64,000 bases of DNA from Eledone cirrhosa (GCA_964016885.1 OZ024743.1:162936001-163000000), one strand, 5' to 3'; numbered from the stretch's first letter, positions 26,090 through 40,045 are shown. Program-made: numbers and translations. The notes: generated by a model from the letters alone, not told the origin.

Positions 26090-26447
26090 TAACTGTTTTT
26101 ACTTTTGGCACAAGGCCAGCAATTACCCAGTACATTACTGGTACTTTATTTTATCGACCCCGTAAGGATGAAAGGCAAAGTTAAGCTCGGCGGGATTTGA
26201 ACTCAGATCGTAAAGGGACGTAACTACGCTGGAAAGCATGTCCGACCTTTCTACCACTACTGCCAATAACTGTTTCTACTTTTGACACAAGGCCAGCAAT
26301 TACCCAGTGTATTACTGGTACTTTATTTTATCGACTCCGTAAGGATGAAAGGAAAAGTTAACCTCGGCGGGATTTGAACTCAGAATGGCAAGGGCCGTAA
26401 CTCTATGCATCAAAGCATGGCGTCCGACCCTCTACCGATACTGCCAT
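26090..26447 (-). mobile_element. Tandem pair of tRNA-derived SINEs
   Basis: B-box GAGTTCAAATCCC and core CCTTTCATCCTTACGGGGTCGATAAAATAAAGTACCAG on the minus strand; many copies across the window. Confidence 0.85.
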
Positions 26448-26634
26448 TCCACAACGACAGTTCATAAGAACTGATTCGATATTTTAAGGTCAAATGCACT
26501 TGGAAAAAAGCCGACCTTTAAAACAAATCTGGCATCGATAAATTAAGATTCAGTAATATATTTCAGATCGATTGTATCTTCAGAAACAATTATACACGTG
26601 TGTGTGTGTGTGTGTACAAATGAACGAAAAAATT

Positions 26635-26735
26635 TTGTCAGCGGATAGTTGGTAACTAAAGCTACCCATCTAGTCACTAATTGTCTACTCCATCAAACAC
26701 AACTACAAATACATATAATTATATGTGCGTGCGCG

Positions 26736-26768
<33 letters not shown>

Positions 26769-26844
26769 TAATATTATTTAACACAACTACCTATACATTT
26801 AGTGATTAAATTGGTAGCTTTAGTTACCAACTATCCGCCGACAA
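26635..26844. mobile_element. MITE with ~46-bp TIRs
   Basis: TTGTCAGCGGATAGTTGGTAACTAAAGCTACC / GGTAGCTTTAGTTACCAACTATCCGCCGACAA. Confidence 0.75.
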
Positions 26845-27605
26845 CAAATCAACTCTACAAAATGTCTTACATAAAATGTATAGGTATATACCTATACATT
26901 TAATATAATAAAGGAAGCAATGTTCTAATGACTATAAACTTGTTCCAGGTAGAATACTGACTATGTGCCTTTGGACAATGACATGTCGTTTTGGTAAATA
27001 GGTAAACGGGACAACATGAAACGAATGTTATCAGCTGAAACGAATTGGAAGCAAAACAGAGGTTGTTGTTGTTTACCATTCCTGCCGTGACCATGCCACC
27101 TTTTTTATGAGCGGGAATCTAGGACCACAGTATCCAATGTGTCATTTAAAAATAGCAGCTATTTCTAGTAAGTTGAGCGACAATATAGATGCTTCTTTTT
27201 TTCGCTCATATGACAGAGGTCAAATATATGGGCAAATCAGAAAATGAGCCTATCTTAAATTGTGATTTATAAGAAAATATACCATTATATAGTTGTATAG
27301 AGAAAGAATAAACATAAAAAATAAAGTACAACACTTTAGCCGATATTGTTAATTATGTAATCACTTACTCTTATCGTTCGGACACCAACTGCTGCCATAT
27401 TGAGTCAACCTTCTTTACACTACAACAGTTACTTCCCTTGTTACTAGATTAGTAGTTTTTCCAGAATTAATGTTATAGGAAGTTTAATCAAGTATATGTG
27501 AACTTTGAAATATCACACACACACATGCTCTCCAGAGATTGATCATTAAGAAATTAAATGACATGGCTAGTTTAAATCTTTTGGAGTCACTTAAATGTGG
27601 CATAT

Positions 27606-28634
27606 ATTTTGTTTGTGGCATATATTAATGACATAGATGCCAACTTAAAGAATGCCACAGTACTGAAGTATGCAGATGACATCAAGCTGTACCTTGAGAT
27701 AAAAAGGACAGATCCTGAACACTATAGATCTTGCTTGCAATCTGACCTGGACACAATGCAACAATGGATCTCAGACTGGCAACTCAAGCTAGCTGTGGAC
27801 AAGTGCACCACCATGCATTTTGGGAGTAAAAACCCAGCGTCCACATACTCCCTCCACATCACTAGTATCAAAAAGTCTTCTCGTGAACGTGACCTGGGCA
27901 TTACTGTCAACAGCGATTTGCGTTGGGCGAAGCACGTCTCTAAAATTGTCAAGAGGGCTGAGGGTGTCTTAGCATCACTCAGCAAGACCTTTGTCAGCCG
28001 CTCTCCAGCTATCTATTTAAAGCTGTACATGGCTATGGTGCGGCCACACTTAGAATTTGCATCACCAGTCTGGAACCCCTATCTTGCTCAGAACTTTGAC
28101 CGCCTGGAAACTGTTCAGAGATGTGCAACCAAGCGAATACCCTCCATCAGGCATCTACCATACTCTGAATGCCTTGCTTCCCTGGGCATGGATACATTGA
28201 AACTCCGACGCCTGGCAACTGACTTGGTAAACACTCACAAAATTATTAACCATCTCGCCAACAACAACCCTGAGCACCTTTTTGATCTCCATGTGTCTAA
28301 CATACGTGGACATGCCTACAAAGTCAGAAAACAGCACAGCTCCCATGACTTTTGGAAACATTTTTCACGCTCAGAGTTGCTGAAGCATGAAACAAACTAC
28401 CTGCATCAGTTGTTAGCTGTCGAGACACTGCATCCTTTAAAACCTCCATGCTTCCCGAGATTCGCCAACACTACACCTAATGTTCCCCTTCCATACACAT
28501 ACACACACGTATATCATGACTCATACACTATTCACTTCCCTGACATTTGTATATTATTCTATGTACTATACATGCACCTTTGACGAGTTGTAGTGCACCT
28601 GAGCACTTTACACAATAATTTCATTATTATTATT
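27606..28634 (+). mobile_element. 5'-truncated CR1 LINE
   Basis: ORF 27597-28583 with YADD, ERDLGI, VRPHLEF; same family and tail as 18600-21520. Confidence 0.92.
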
Positions 28635-28725
28635 AAATGCTTTAAACCTTTTGTTTCTTCAAAAGTGAAGGTGACATTTAATCATGAGGGAAGAGTCCTC
28701 AAAGACTCCTTCCAGCGGGTCCTAA

Positions 28726-30580
28726 TAATAATATTATAATGAAAATGATTGTGTACAGTGCTCAATTCATCAAAGGTTCATGTTTGTACATAGAATAACG
28801 TACAAATGTCAGGAACGTAAACAATGTATGAGTCATGATATACATAGATACATGTGTGCGGGTGTATAGAGGGGGAATATTAGGTGTAGTGTTGGTGAAT
28901 TTCAGGAAGCATGGAAGTTTTGAAGGATACAGTGTCCTGACAGTTAACAACCGATGCAGGTAGTTTGTTACATGCTCTGAGCTTGAAAAATTGTTTCCGA
29001 AAATCATGGGAGCTGTGCTGTTTTCTGACTTTGTAGGCATACCCACAGGTGTTAAACACATGGAATTCAAAAAGGTGCTCAGGGTTGTTGTTGGCAAGAT
29101 GGTTAATAATTTTGTCGGTGTTTACAAAGTCAGTTGCCAGATGTCAGCTTTAATATATCCATGCCCAGGGAAGCAAGGAGTTCAGAGTATGGTAGATGCC
29201 TTATGAAGGGAATTTGCTTGGTTGCACACCTCTGAACAGCTTCCAGGTGAATATTCTGAGCAAGAAAGGGGGTCCAGACTGGTGACGCAAATTCTAAGTG
29301 TGGCCGCACCATAGCTATATACAACTACAAATAGATAGCTGGAGAGCAGCCGACAAAGGTCTTACTGAGTGATGCTAAGACACTCTCAGCCTGCTTGACA
29401 ATTTTAGAGATGCACTTTGTCAAACACATATTGCTGCTGACAGTAATACCTAGATTACATTCAGAAGACTTCCTGAGATTAGTGTTGGGAGGGGATATGT
29501 GAACGTTGGATTTTTCCTCCCAAAATGCATGGTGTTACACTTGTCCACAGCCAGCTTGAATTGCCAGTCTGTAATCCATTGCTGCATTGCTGCATGGAAA
29601 GATTTATTGTGTTTAAGATCTGTCCTTTTTATTTCAAAGTACAGCTCATGGCATTCTTTAAGTTGGCAACTATGTCATTAATATATGCAACAAACAAAAA
29701 GAGACCAAGAACAGATCCCTGTGGTACACCAGATGACATTTCATAGAGTAAAGAATGCTGTCCTAGAACCGTGACTACCTCTTTTCGACTAAGAATGAAG
29801 GACTTCAACCAGTTATAAAGATCATCTCTCCTACCATTGCAGAGAGTTTTGCCATAAGTCTTTTGTGTGGCACAGAATTAAAAGCTTTAGCAAAGTCAAG
29901 ATAAATAACATCCACCCATGAGCCGCCATCAGTGATCCGGGTGATGTCTTCAAGAAACTTGATAAGTTGATCACAGCAGCTGGAGTTAGGGATAAATCCA
30001 AATTGTGAGGGTTGGATAAGGTTGTAAGAATTCCAGAAGTTCCAGAGTGTTTCTTTGACACAGGATTCCATTAGTTTCACAATGCAGCTAGTAAGACTGA
30101 CTGGACGATAGTTGACAGGTGATGTGTGGTCACCCTTTTTGAACAGAGGAATGACACTGGCAGTTTTCCACTGCTCTGGAGTAACACTGATGTTAAGACA
30201 GATTTGAAAGAAGAGTGAAAGCTGGTGCAGAAGAAAGTACCCACCATGTTTGAGAAGCAGGTACATAACACCATCAAGACCAGGAGAGGTATAGTTGCAC
30301 TTATTCTTAAGGTGGTATCGCAGCATTGCAGGTGTAAATTCCAGAGTTGTTATAGAATTTTATGTCAGAGTTGGTGGAGATGGTACATTTTAGTTTTCAA
30401 CAGTAAAAAAAGCCTGCATAGCATTCAGCAATGAGTTCTGTTTCTTTGGGATCGACAGTAATCTGGTTTGTGTGGGGATTGCGAAGAGGACCAACTAGAG
30501 AGCGAGGTCCCTGCTTTGAATGTACTTATTTCCAGAACACATTGTTGTCAGGGTTAGTTGCTATACGCTGTTCAAATTCA
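28726..30580 (-). mobile_element. Degenerate CR1 LINE, inverted relative to the 27606 copy
   Basis: SPGLDG, NYRPVSLTS, YLDFAKAFNSVPH; same tail. Confidence 0.9.
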
Positions 30581-30790
30581 CCTGCTTGGTCAGAAGCAAC
30601 TGTTTCCAATTGATCTGGCTGGATCCCCAAGTGAAGGTGGCTGAGCTCATGGATGTTATCCAATCATCTTGTTCAAGGTCTACGTCTGGGTCTCCTGCCG
30701 GCTGGTTTTGCCCGTAAAATCTGTCCAGCGATTCCTTCCTGAGACATTCTAACCACATGCCCGGAGCTGTGATTTCTCAATTCAGAGAAG
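30581..30790 (-). mobile_element. RTE LINE 3' fragment (family of 333-1445)
   Basis: Reverse complement of the 1150-1375 region. Confidence 0.75.
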
Positions 30791-31557
30791 ATATATTTTT
30801 CATATTATGTACATTTAAAAAAATATATATAGCATTTTTATTATGTACATAATATGAAATATATATCTGAGGCTATCTTTCCTGATTTTCTACATCTCTA
30901 TATGGTTAAACACTGTATTGGGTGCAAGAATTATGGGCAGCTACCAAACATTTGATTGGTAATCTTTGTGTCATGTCTTTCATTCCCGACGATGAGTCTT
31001 CCGGTTGTTTAAACAATGGAACAGTGTACGCATGAAATTAATATACAAGGGGTTGAACATTCCATAGACACATGTGTCCATAATGTATTCTCATGAAGAT
31101 TCAGCATACATAGTATGTGACAAGGCTGGCCCTTTGAAATACAGGTACAACTCATTTTTGACAGCTGACTAGAATGGAGCAACATGAAATAGGAATTGAA
31201 TGCTCGACCTTATGATCATCCTAATAATTAAACCAGGCGTCTTCAGATCAAGTATATTTGATCAAGATAATACAATTCACTAAGGATAGTACATGTCCTA
31301 AGAAAGTTTTTACATCACATTTAATTCTCCAAAAGATGTGATCTAATTCTAATAACAACATACATTGTTTCTTCAGTAGTTATATTTTATTGTGAAACAT
31401 TGTACATAATTGACTTGGTGTCTGAAAATCTACTTCACTGTATTTCAGATAGAATGTCAGCAAATATACAATTGAAGACTGATGTATACAGAAAGACTGG
31501 GAAAGCAAACAAGAGATATATTCTAAATATCTTCATATATTGTTTAGTGAGAGGAAA

Positions 31558-31712
31558 TAATTGTTTCTACTTTTGGCACAAGGCCAGCAATTATCCCAGT
31601 GTATTACTGGTACTTTATTTTATCGACCCCGTAAGGATGAAAGGCAAACTTAACCTCAGCGGAATTTGAACTCAGACCATAAAGGGCTGTAACTCTTTGC
31701 TGCACAGCACGG
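31558..31712 (-). mobile_element. tRNA-derived SINE
   Basis: Same core as 26090-26447. Confidence 0.8.
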
Positions 31713-31829
31713 CAATTCACTTCCTGATCTTCTGATAATAGCAATTGTCTTCATTGAGCAAAAAGGTGGAGAAAAAACTAGCTGTAATAAGGTTGGACTT
31801 TATGACCACATAGGTAATGGTGCTTTGGC

Positions 31830-32822
31830 CTCCGGTCCCTGATCTCACTAGCTTTTCTGGCGTATCTTTTGTAACCTCATGCCGCGTCCTCGTCAGCAGG
31901 GTTCTTCAAAACACAAAAGAACCCTCTGTGTTCAAAGAACGTGAGGCCGCCTGTGAGACGTGGGACTGGCTGGGACTTAGCCTAGTAGACGTCTCTCCTC
32001 TTTCTCCCCCTATTGACGTGAAGTTCCCCCCAACGCACTTGGGATGCCATCCAGTGCAGCCTGGCCGCAGACAAGCTCACGTGCCAGCTCGACCAGCACC
32101 TCCTTGCTTGTTATTGTGCGGCCTTCAAACCCCACAGTGGTGCCTGGCTCCATGCTCTGCCCTCCTTCTCCACTGGCATGCGGCTAGACAACTATAGCCT
32201 GCACATCAGCGTTTCCACGAGGCTCAGCCTCCGGATCTGCCAGCCACACCAATGTCACTGTGGTTCCACCGTGGACTCTTTCGGCCTCCACCCGCTTTCC
32301 TGTCACCACAGTGCCGGCCGCATTCCACGCCATGCTGCCCTCAACGAGGTCATTAAGCATGGCTTGGACGCTGCAGGTTTCCCTTCCCAGTTCGAGTCGG
32401 TGGGGCTGGATCAAGGGGACGGCAAAAGGCCAGATAGCATGACCATCTTCCCGTTTCGTGGTGGCAAACCCCTCGTCTGGGATGCCACTTGCACTGACAC
32501 TTTCTGTAGCCGCAACCTGATGCAGTCTGCGACTGACCCAGATTCTGCTGCACGTCGGGCTGAGGGGGCCAAACTCCTCAAATACTGGTCGCTCTCCGAC
32601 ATGTTTGTGGTCGTACCCCTGGCAGTGGAGACTTCTAGTGTCCTCGGTCCCAGGGCTACCTCCTTACTCACCACCATAGGCGCTGAACTGGCCAGCCGCA
32701 GGTGTGAGCCCCACGAGTTGGAGTGGCTTTTCCAGCGCGTCTCCCTTGCCGTCCTCCGGGGAAACGCCTTCTCCATTCTGTCCGCCGGGGCTGTGGGTGG
32801 GCCCCATCACGTACCGTTGTAG
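31830..32822 (+). mobile_element. CRE-like non-LTR retrotransposon 3' part (Zn-knuckle + restriction-like endonuclease)
   Basis: ORF 32178-32822: CHCG...HPLSC...RHAALN...KRPD...WDATCTDT...KY...PLAVETS...LFQRVSLAVLRGNA. Confidence 0.8.
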
Positions 32823-34624
32823 TTGTTGTCGAAGAAACAGGAAGACAACAACTGGAAAGTTTGATTTTCTACTTTTGCACGGAATTATATATACTTTGTC
32901 ATAAAAACGTTCTTGAAACAGTCAGAGTGGTGTTTCGGCTGCGTCCCCCCGAACAATGGCCAGCGACACCTGCTGCAACAGCCACCCCGCCTCGTTGGGC
33001 TCCTTTCTCAGACATGCTGCTGTCATTCCAATTTTACGGAGGAGGCCAGCAGTACAGATATTTATTCCCCAACATACAATGACTACCAATGTGATATATC
33101 CTGGTTTCTGCTCCTTTAAACAGATTTAATCCATCCAACTTCTCTCATTACATTATTCTGACTGTCACCATTTCCCCAAAATGTTTACCTTTTCAACACT
33201 CTGTAACTTCCGTTCTCTCCATGTTCCAACAAGCTTTGATGAAAATTTCAGTCAAGATTCATTTGATTGGTAACCTTTAATAAAAGGAAAGGCATATTGG
33301 ATAATGTAATTACAGATAAACTGCATGGATATAAGATAAGATGGTCGCAGTTGAAGCATCTTTGATCATAGGTCTGTTAGGCCAGGGCTGGCTTTGGTCC
33401 AAACAACAACAGCAACTACACTACCTTGTCACTTAACCTGTTTCAAATAGCATCCAAAGTCTTCTTCAGATCCCATCTTTATAAAGGAATGACATTGAAT
33501 AATGTAATTCTAGATACACGATGCTTGAAAATAAGACGGGATGGGCATGGCTAGAATGTACTTGATCATGTTAGCTCTGGAATTATTCAACGAGAGTGGG
33601 GCTGTATATGATGACTCGCCCTATTAGAAATAGCAGCTTAATCTCTATCAAATCACACCCAACTGTAAAAAACACACACACAGAATATTGTACTCCCATA
33701 TCTGCTTGAAAGCTAAAAACAACAACCATCACAATAGCAGCAACAAAAGATTTACTACGACAGTGTTGTACACAGAACGCATGAGTTACTTCGAGACATC
33801 ACTTTCGTAGATGGTAGTAATATTGATGATGATAGCAACGGCAATGATGTGGTGAGCATGATGAGGAAGGAAGAGAGAAAATGATGACGTGACTGTTGTA
33901 ATTAAAGTATCGTATATGCCTTCACATGCCTCTATTAATGAGTAGTTCTCCTTCACACCCCCTATTTTGTTATATATACACACACACTCATATATACACG
34001 TGTGTTATAATCGAATGAGACAGAACTATTCACCAAGTCATAACATTACAAGTAATATTATAGACACAAGACCAATTTCGTTTATTGTTCTTTTCTTTGT
34101 AAGTTCATCAGGTACACTACATTTATATGTGTGTATATATATATAGTACAAACAAGGGCCTTGTTTCAGGGGGGTGCCAAGGGACAGCCCCCCCCCCGGA
34201 CTTTCAGGAGCGGGGAACAAACCATCTCCCCCTCCCTACTTTTTCCCAATTAAAAAACAAAGAAAATCCCACTAACAAGTCATACATATGTATAATACAT
34301 ATTTTTACATGTTTTTTTATGTGCATATATTTATATCAATATATATAGACCCTAAGTTGCAATCACTATTGAATTTTGTTCATTCGATATTTACATCCAT
34401 TTGCTAAAAATTAAAAAAGATCAACTCATCAATAATTTGAATGAGAATTGTATAACATTTTTATATGTATTTGTCTCACTAAGTGAATATAGATAAATAA
34501 ACAATACATTGTTTATCAAAATAATTTCATTTTCTACTCTTGAATTTCAGCTGCTTCCGTTTTTTTGTAGTACAGGGTGGTCCGAAAGTCTTGTCACCCC
34601 CTACATATTGTTTTAACTTTCATT

Positions 34625-35017
34625 TGGCAGTATCGGTAGAGGGTCGGACGCCGTGCTTTGGCGCATAGAGTTACGGCTCTTGCCATTCTGAGTTCAAATC
34701 CCGCCGAGGTTAACTTTGCCTTTCTTCCTTACGGGGTCGATAAAATAAAGTACCAGTAATGTACTGGTTGATTGCTGGCCTTGTGCCAAAAGTAGAAACA
34801 ATTATTTTTTGTTTTAATAATATAATATATAATATCATTAATTGGCAGTATCAGTAGAGGGTCGGACGCCATGCTTTCCAGCATAGTTACGTCCCTTTAC
34901 CATCTGAGTTCAAATCCCGCCGAGGTTGACTTTGCCTTTCATCCTTACGGGGTCGATAAAATAAAGTACCAGTAATGCACTGGGTAATTACTGGCTTTGT
35001 GCCTAAAGTAGAAACAA
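34625..35017 (+). mobile_element. Two tRNA-derived SINE copies
   Basis: GGCAGTATC(G/A)GTAGAGGGTCGGACGCC start, B-box and conserved core, twice. Confidence 0.85.
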
Positions 35018-35207
35018 TTAATTATAATATATAATAATTTTAATCGTTTAAGCCAACATTCGTCAACGAACTAAGCGATAACGACATGGATAAAAGACGT
35101 GATATACAAGACTTTCGTATATAATATCCTCAACTGTTAACGTCTCAGACATTTTCATTGATCCCGGCACATCACCATTTTCAAGTGAGCTTTTTCTGCA
35201 CACACAC

Positions 35208-35322
<115 letters not shown>

Positions 35323-35354
35323 TAAGATCAAAAGATGGTTAAATGAGTTCCATG

Positions 35355-35425
35355 TATTTTATTATGCGCATTTCAAAAACAAATATCATCATGCAATAAC
35401 ATTTGTGTTTTCATCAGATAAAATA
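35355..35425 (-). ncRNA. Type-I minimal hammerhead ribozyme (family B)
   Basis: Minus strand: TATTTTAT-CTGATGA-stem II-GAAA-TGCGCA-TA-ATAAAATA; perfect 8-bp stem I, palindromic stem III. Confidence 0.85.
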
Positions 35426-35787
35426 TGAGGACATGATATGAAGGTTAAAAACACTTGTGGATAGTGCAGTTTTAAATTAACATATGAAAAGTAGTTTTAG
35501 ATTGATGTGTGAAACTGGGGAAAAAATTTTTTTTGAAGGGGGGGGGGATGAAAAGGATGAAAAAGAGGAGGAGATGAGAGTAAAAAGTGGAGGGGGGGGA
35601 GTATAATGAGGAAGGATGAGATAGGAGGAGAGATGGATGATAGAGAGAGAGAGATAGCTTTTATAACTGAGAAAAATATATTGTTTTACATAGAGAGGTT
35701 GAAAAACCGTTGGAAGATAATGTATAAATTAAAAGAATTTGAAAATTAACGAAGAGAAAAATAATGTAAAGTTAAGGTTTGTATATT

Positions 35788-35950
35788 GAAGGGTTTAATA
35801 ATATGTGCGATGAAAAGAAATTGTTAATATGTATTAAGAATAATATTTAAGGGTTTAATAATATGTGCGATGGAAAGAAAATGTTAATATGTATTAAGAA
35901 TAATTTTAAGGGTTTAATAATATGTGCGATGGAAAGAAAATGTTGATATG
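35788..35950. repeat. ~59-60-bp tandem repeat, ~2.7 copies
   Basis: AAGGGTTTAATAATATGTGCGATG(G/A)AAAGAAA unit seen three times. Confidence 0.85.
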
Positions 35951-37699
35951 TATTATTAAAAAAACACAGAAGTAATGTAAGTAAGGATATATTGTGAGAT
36001 GTGCATGAATAAGTTAGATGAAAGTGAGAAAAAAATAATGAATAGAGGATGAATAATCTAACGTCAAAAAAATGTTTATGTTTACGAAGGATTTTTTCAA
36101 GGTGATATAAAGTAAGAATATAGTGTATGTGTAATAATTGATTCTATGTTAGGCGCAGTGAGTAAAGGTACAGATTAGGGGTTAGAAATTAAAAGAAAAA
36201 GCAAAAGAAAAGAAAAAAAAAGAAAAGGAAGAAAGAGAAGTGATGAATAGGAATGATATAGAATATGATAAATAACTTTGAAATAAGGTAGAAAGATGGG
36301 TATATTTTTAAAGAAGTATATATATATATATGTGCCTTTGAGAAAAGGATTCTGAATTGATAAAGTTTAGGATATTAGCTGTATACTTTATGGAAAGTTC
36401 TGTGGAATTTATGTAAGCAGATAGAAAACAAGTCAGTGCGTCTATTTATTATAGAATCTAAATTAGATATAATGGTAAATTTTTCATTCAGACATTCATA
36501 TCTTATTACTTCTTCTTGGGATTAATTTACATTTAGGACTTTTTAAGAATTAATATAATTTTATTTTCATAATATAAAACAAACATCGCAATTTTAGATA
36601 TTTGTTGTAGAGTTAAATCTTAATAAATATTCTCTTTTTGAGAAAGTGTGTTTTCGAAGATAGTTAAATCGGCAAGAGTCCATTTGCAAACAGACATACA
36701 CACTAATATATATATATATATATAATTTATACGTAGGATAAATTTCTATACTAAATATATAAAACATATTATTTTAACTTAAGATACTCTATAGTGTTTT
36801 AAAGATATTTAATGCTTTGATATTTCTAGATTTCTTTTGTCTATACTGATATAGCTGCATTTCCAGAATATACTCCTTTGGTATTTTAAATTTATTTTGT
36901 TATGGTTATGTTTACAAGTTATAATCCTTTAGTAAAATATTGATATTTGATTATCTCTATGCAAATGCATATGTGTATATTAACATGCATAAAAAGTGTT
37001 ATAGATTTTTTTGTGTCTATATATGTCTGTATATATACATGAGTGATGCGTGACGACGCACGCAAATATTTATTTATACATATGTATGTGTATATATGTA
37101 TGTGTATATATCTATGTGGTTGGGAGGTATGTTGCAGATATGCATAATATTAAACACATGAATGGTAATCGTATATATGAGGACATGAATGTTAATCGTA
37201 TATATTTGTATATATATATACTGTGAAATTTTTATAACACAAAGAATGTATAGCAGTGATTAAGAGAAATCATTTACGTTTTGTATGGCTATATTGTTGG
37301 CTTGAGTAAACATAATTTCTATTTTCAGGACGTGCGTATCTATATGTATATATATATACATATATATTTGTATGTCTTTGCATAAAATACTGATCTCTAT
37401 AGCAAGGGTACATTTTGAACTCAGATTTTGATATATTGATCTCAAGTTTCTAAACTAAACATATAGTCATTATTGAACAATGTTTAATTTCTCATATTAT
37501 ATATCTATGTCCCATTCATGAATATTGATACTTATATTTTTATTATTCATTTCCTATAAATTGTTAACTCAACTTAATATGACATGACGTAAAGTTTTCA
37601 TTGTCCCCCCTCTCTCTATATAGTATTTCTCTCTCTTGAGTTTCTCTCTCTGTTGCTTTCCTTTGATTTTATTATTTCTTCCTTTTCTTTTTTTTCTTT

Positions 37700-37885
37700 T
37701 TTCTTTTTTAATTTTTATTTATTTTTTATTTTTTATTTTTTATTTTTTATTTTTTATTTATTTTTTATTTTTTATTTTTTATTTTTTATTTATTTTTTAT
37801 TTTTATTTTTTATTTTTTATTTTTTATTTTTTATTTTTTATTTTTTATTTTTTATTTTTTATTTTTTATTTTTTATTTTTTATTT

Positions 37886-37922
<37 letters not shown>

Positions 37923-38193
37923 ATTTTTTATTTTTTATTTTTTATTTTTTATTTTTTATTTTTTATTTTTTATTTTTTATTTTTTATTTTTTATTTTTTA
38001 TAATTTATTTTTTATTTTTTTATTTTTTATTTTTTATTTTTTATTTTTTATTTTTTATTTTTTATTTTTTATTTTTTATTTTTTATTTTTTATTTTTTAT
38101 TTTTTATTTTTTATTTTTTATTTTTTATTTTTTATTTTTTATTTTTTATTTTTTATTTTTTATTTTTTATTTTTTATTTTTTATTTTTTATTT

Positions 38194-38230
<37 letters not shown>

Positions 38231-38326
38231 ATTTTTTATTTTTTATTTTTTATTTTTTATTTTTTATTTTTTATAATTTATTTTTTATTTTTTTATTTTT
38301 TATTTTTTATTTTTTATTTTTTATTT

Positions 38327-38363
<37 letters not shown>

Positions 38364-38409
38364 ATTTTTTATTTTTTATTTTTTATTTTTTATTTTTTAT
38401 TTTTTATTT

Positions 38410-38446
<37 letters not shown>

Positions 38447-38532
38447 ATTTTTTATTTTTTATTTTTTATTTTTTATTTTTTATTTTTTATTTTTTATAAT
38501 TTATTTTTTTATTTTTTATTTATTTTTTATTT

Positions 38533-38569
<37 letters not shown>

Positions 38570-38733
38570 ATTTTTTATTTTTTATTTTTTATTTTTTATT
38601 TTTTATTTTTTATTTTTTATTTTTTATTTTTTATTTTTTATTTTTTATTTTTTATTTTTTTATTTATTTATTTATTTTTTATTTATTTTTTTTTAATATT
38701 TATTTTTTATTTTTTATTTTTTATTTTTTTTAT
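37700..38733. repeat. ~1-kb (TTTTTTA)n heptamer satellite
   Basis: Directly visible; recurring TATAATTTA interruptions near 38000, 38273 and 38496. Confidence 0.97.
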
Positions 38734-39005
38734 TTCCTCCTATCTTTATTTATCTCTTTCTTTTCTCCATACATGTCTCTCTCCGATATTTCTCCAGGTT
38801 TTCTTTCTTTCTCTCTCTCCGTCTTTGTTCTTTTCTCTCTCTCCGTCTTTTTTCTTTTTCTTTATCTCCGTCTTTTTCTAATTGTGCTTAACACTATGAC
38901 TTATTAAAAACAATATAAACAATTCACTATCTAGACAGCCTCCAAAAGTAATGGTTGTATTTTAAAAGGGTACGTCAAAGCAATTTGTAAAACTGTTATA
39001 TATAG

Positions 39006-39070
39006 TATTTTGTCTGATGAAGGCATACCATAATTTAATATGGTATCCCTGAAATATGTATAATGAAATA
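39006..39070 (+). ncRNA. Type-I minimal hammerhead ribozyme (family A)
   Basis: TATTTTGT-CTGATGA-AGGCATACCATA..TATGGTATCCCT-GAAA-TATGTA-TA-ATGAAATA; stem I 8 bp including 2 G·U. Confidence 0.82.
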
Positions 39071-39109
39071 AATATGGTTTTATAAATATAGTTTCCATTT
39101 ATTAATATC

Positions 39110-39169
<60 letters not shown>

Positions 39170-39189
39170 AATATATATTATATATATAA

Positions 39190-39759
39190 CTAGCTGAATG
39201 GCCCGACGTTGCTCGGGATTTGCTCTAGGGTTCTTATTATATTTGATATATATTTATCCTTATCGAGCCTCGTGAAATAAATACGTTTGTTTATATTTTG
39301 TTATTGTATATGCAAAAATATCTGTACACGAATATATATATTAAAATAACAGATTAAAGTTTAAGCAAAGAATCGCTGCTTTCACCCTTAACGGCATCTT
39401 CTGAAACTAAAAAAATCAATTTGTGAACGCAGAGATAAATATTTCGAAAAACGTTACACACTATATATATACATATATACACACACACAGCGTCATAATG
39501 TCGTAATGCAGACATACAGACATATATTATAAGGGCGCAATGTTATATCTATGTATCTATCTAAAAAGAAAGACTAAGAATTATAGAGAGAGATCGCTAA
39601 ATCGCCTAATGCGGTCACTAGGGCACTGAAAATTTGAAATAGTTTTTGCTCAAAACACTCACAGGACCATAAGTATTACATGTGTAAAGTTTAAAAACAA
39701 TCGGTTGGGTGGTTCTCGAGTTTTAGGGAGTCAAACATTCTCTGTTTTAGATATATAGA
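39190..39759 (-). mobile_element. Non-autonomous Helitron
   Basis: On minus: A|TC start; CCCGAGCAACGTCGGG hairpin then CTAG|T end. Confidence 0.8.
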
Positions 39760-40004
39760 TAAGTTGACGGAACTCGCATTTCATCCTTACAGGGTCGATA
39801 AAATAAAGTACCAGTAATGCACTGAGTAATTGCTGGCCTTGTGCCAAAAGTAGAAACAATTATATATATGAGATGGCTGCCCCCTCGTTATCGAGTATGG
39901 CCATTGCACGAAAAAAACATAATAATAATAACGACAATAATAATAATAATAAAATTATACATATATACACACACATACATACACACACATATACATATCT
40001 ATAT

Positions 40005-40045
<41 letters not shown>

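Noticed and set aside
26875-26900. 26-bp perfect palindrome AATGTATAGGTATATACCTATACATT
   Set aside because: Short, AT-rich and isolated; no supporting context for function.
34687-34705. tRNA gene suggested by GAGTTCAAATCCC
   Set aside because: B-box of a tRNA-derived SINE head; no cloverleaf, and the SINE core follows.
37636-38499. 287-aa Phe/Ile/Tyr-rich ORF resembling a membrane protein
   Set aside because: Translation of the (TTTTTTA)n satellite, which lacks stops by construction.
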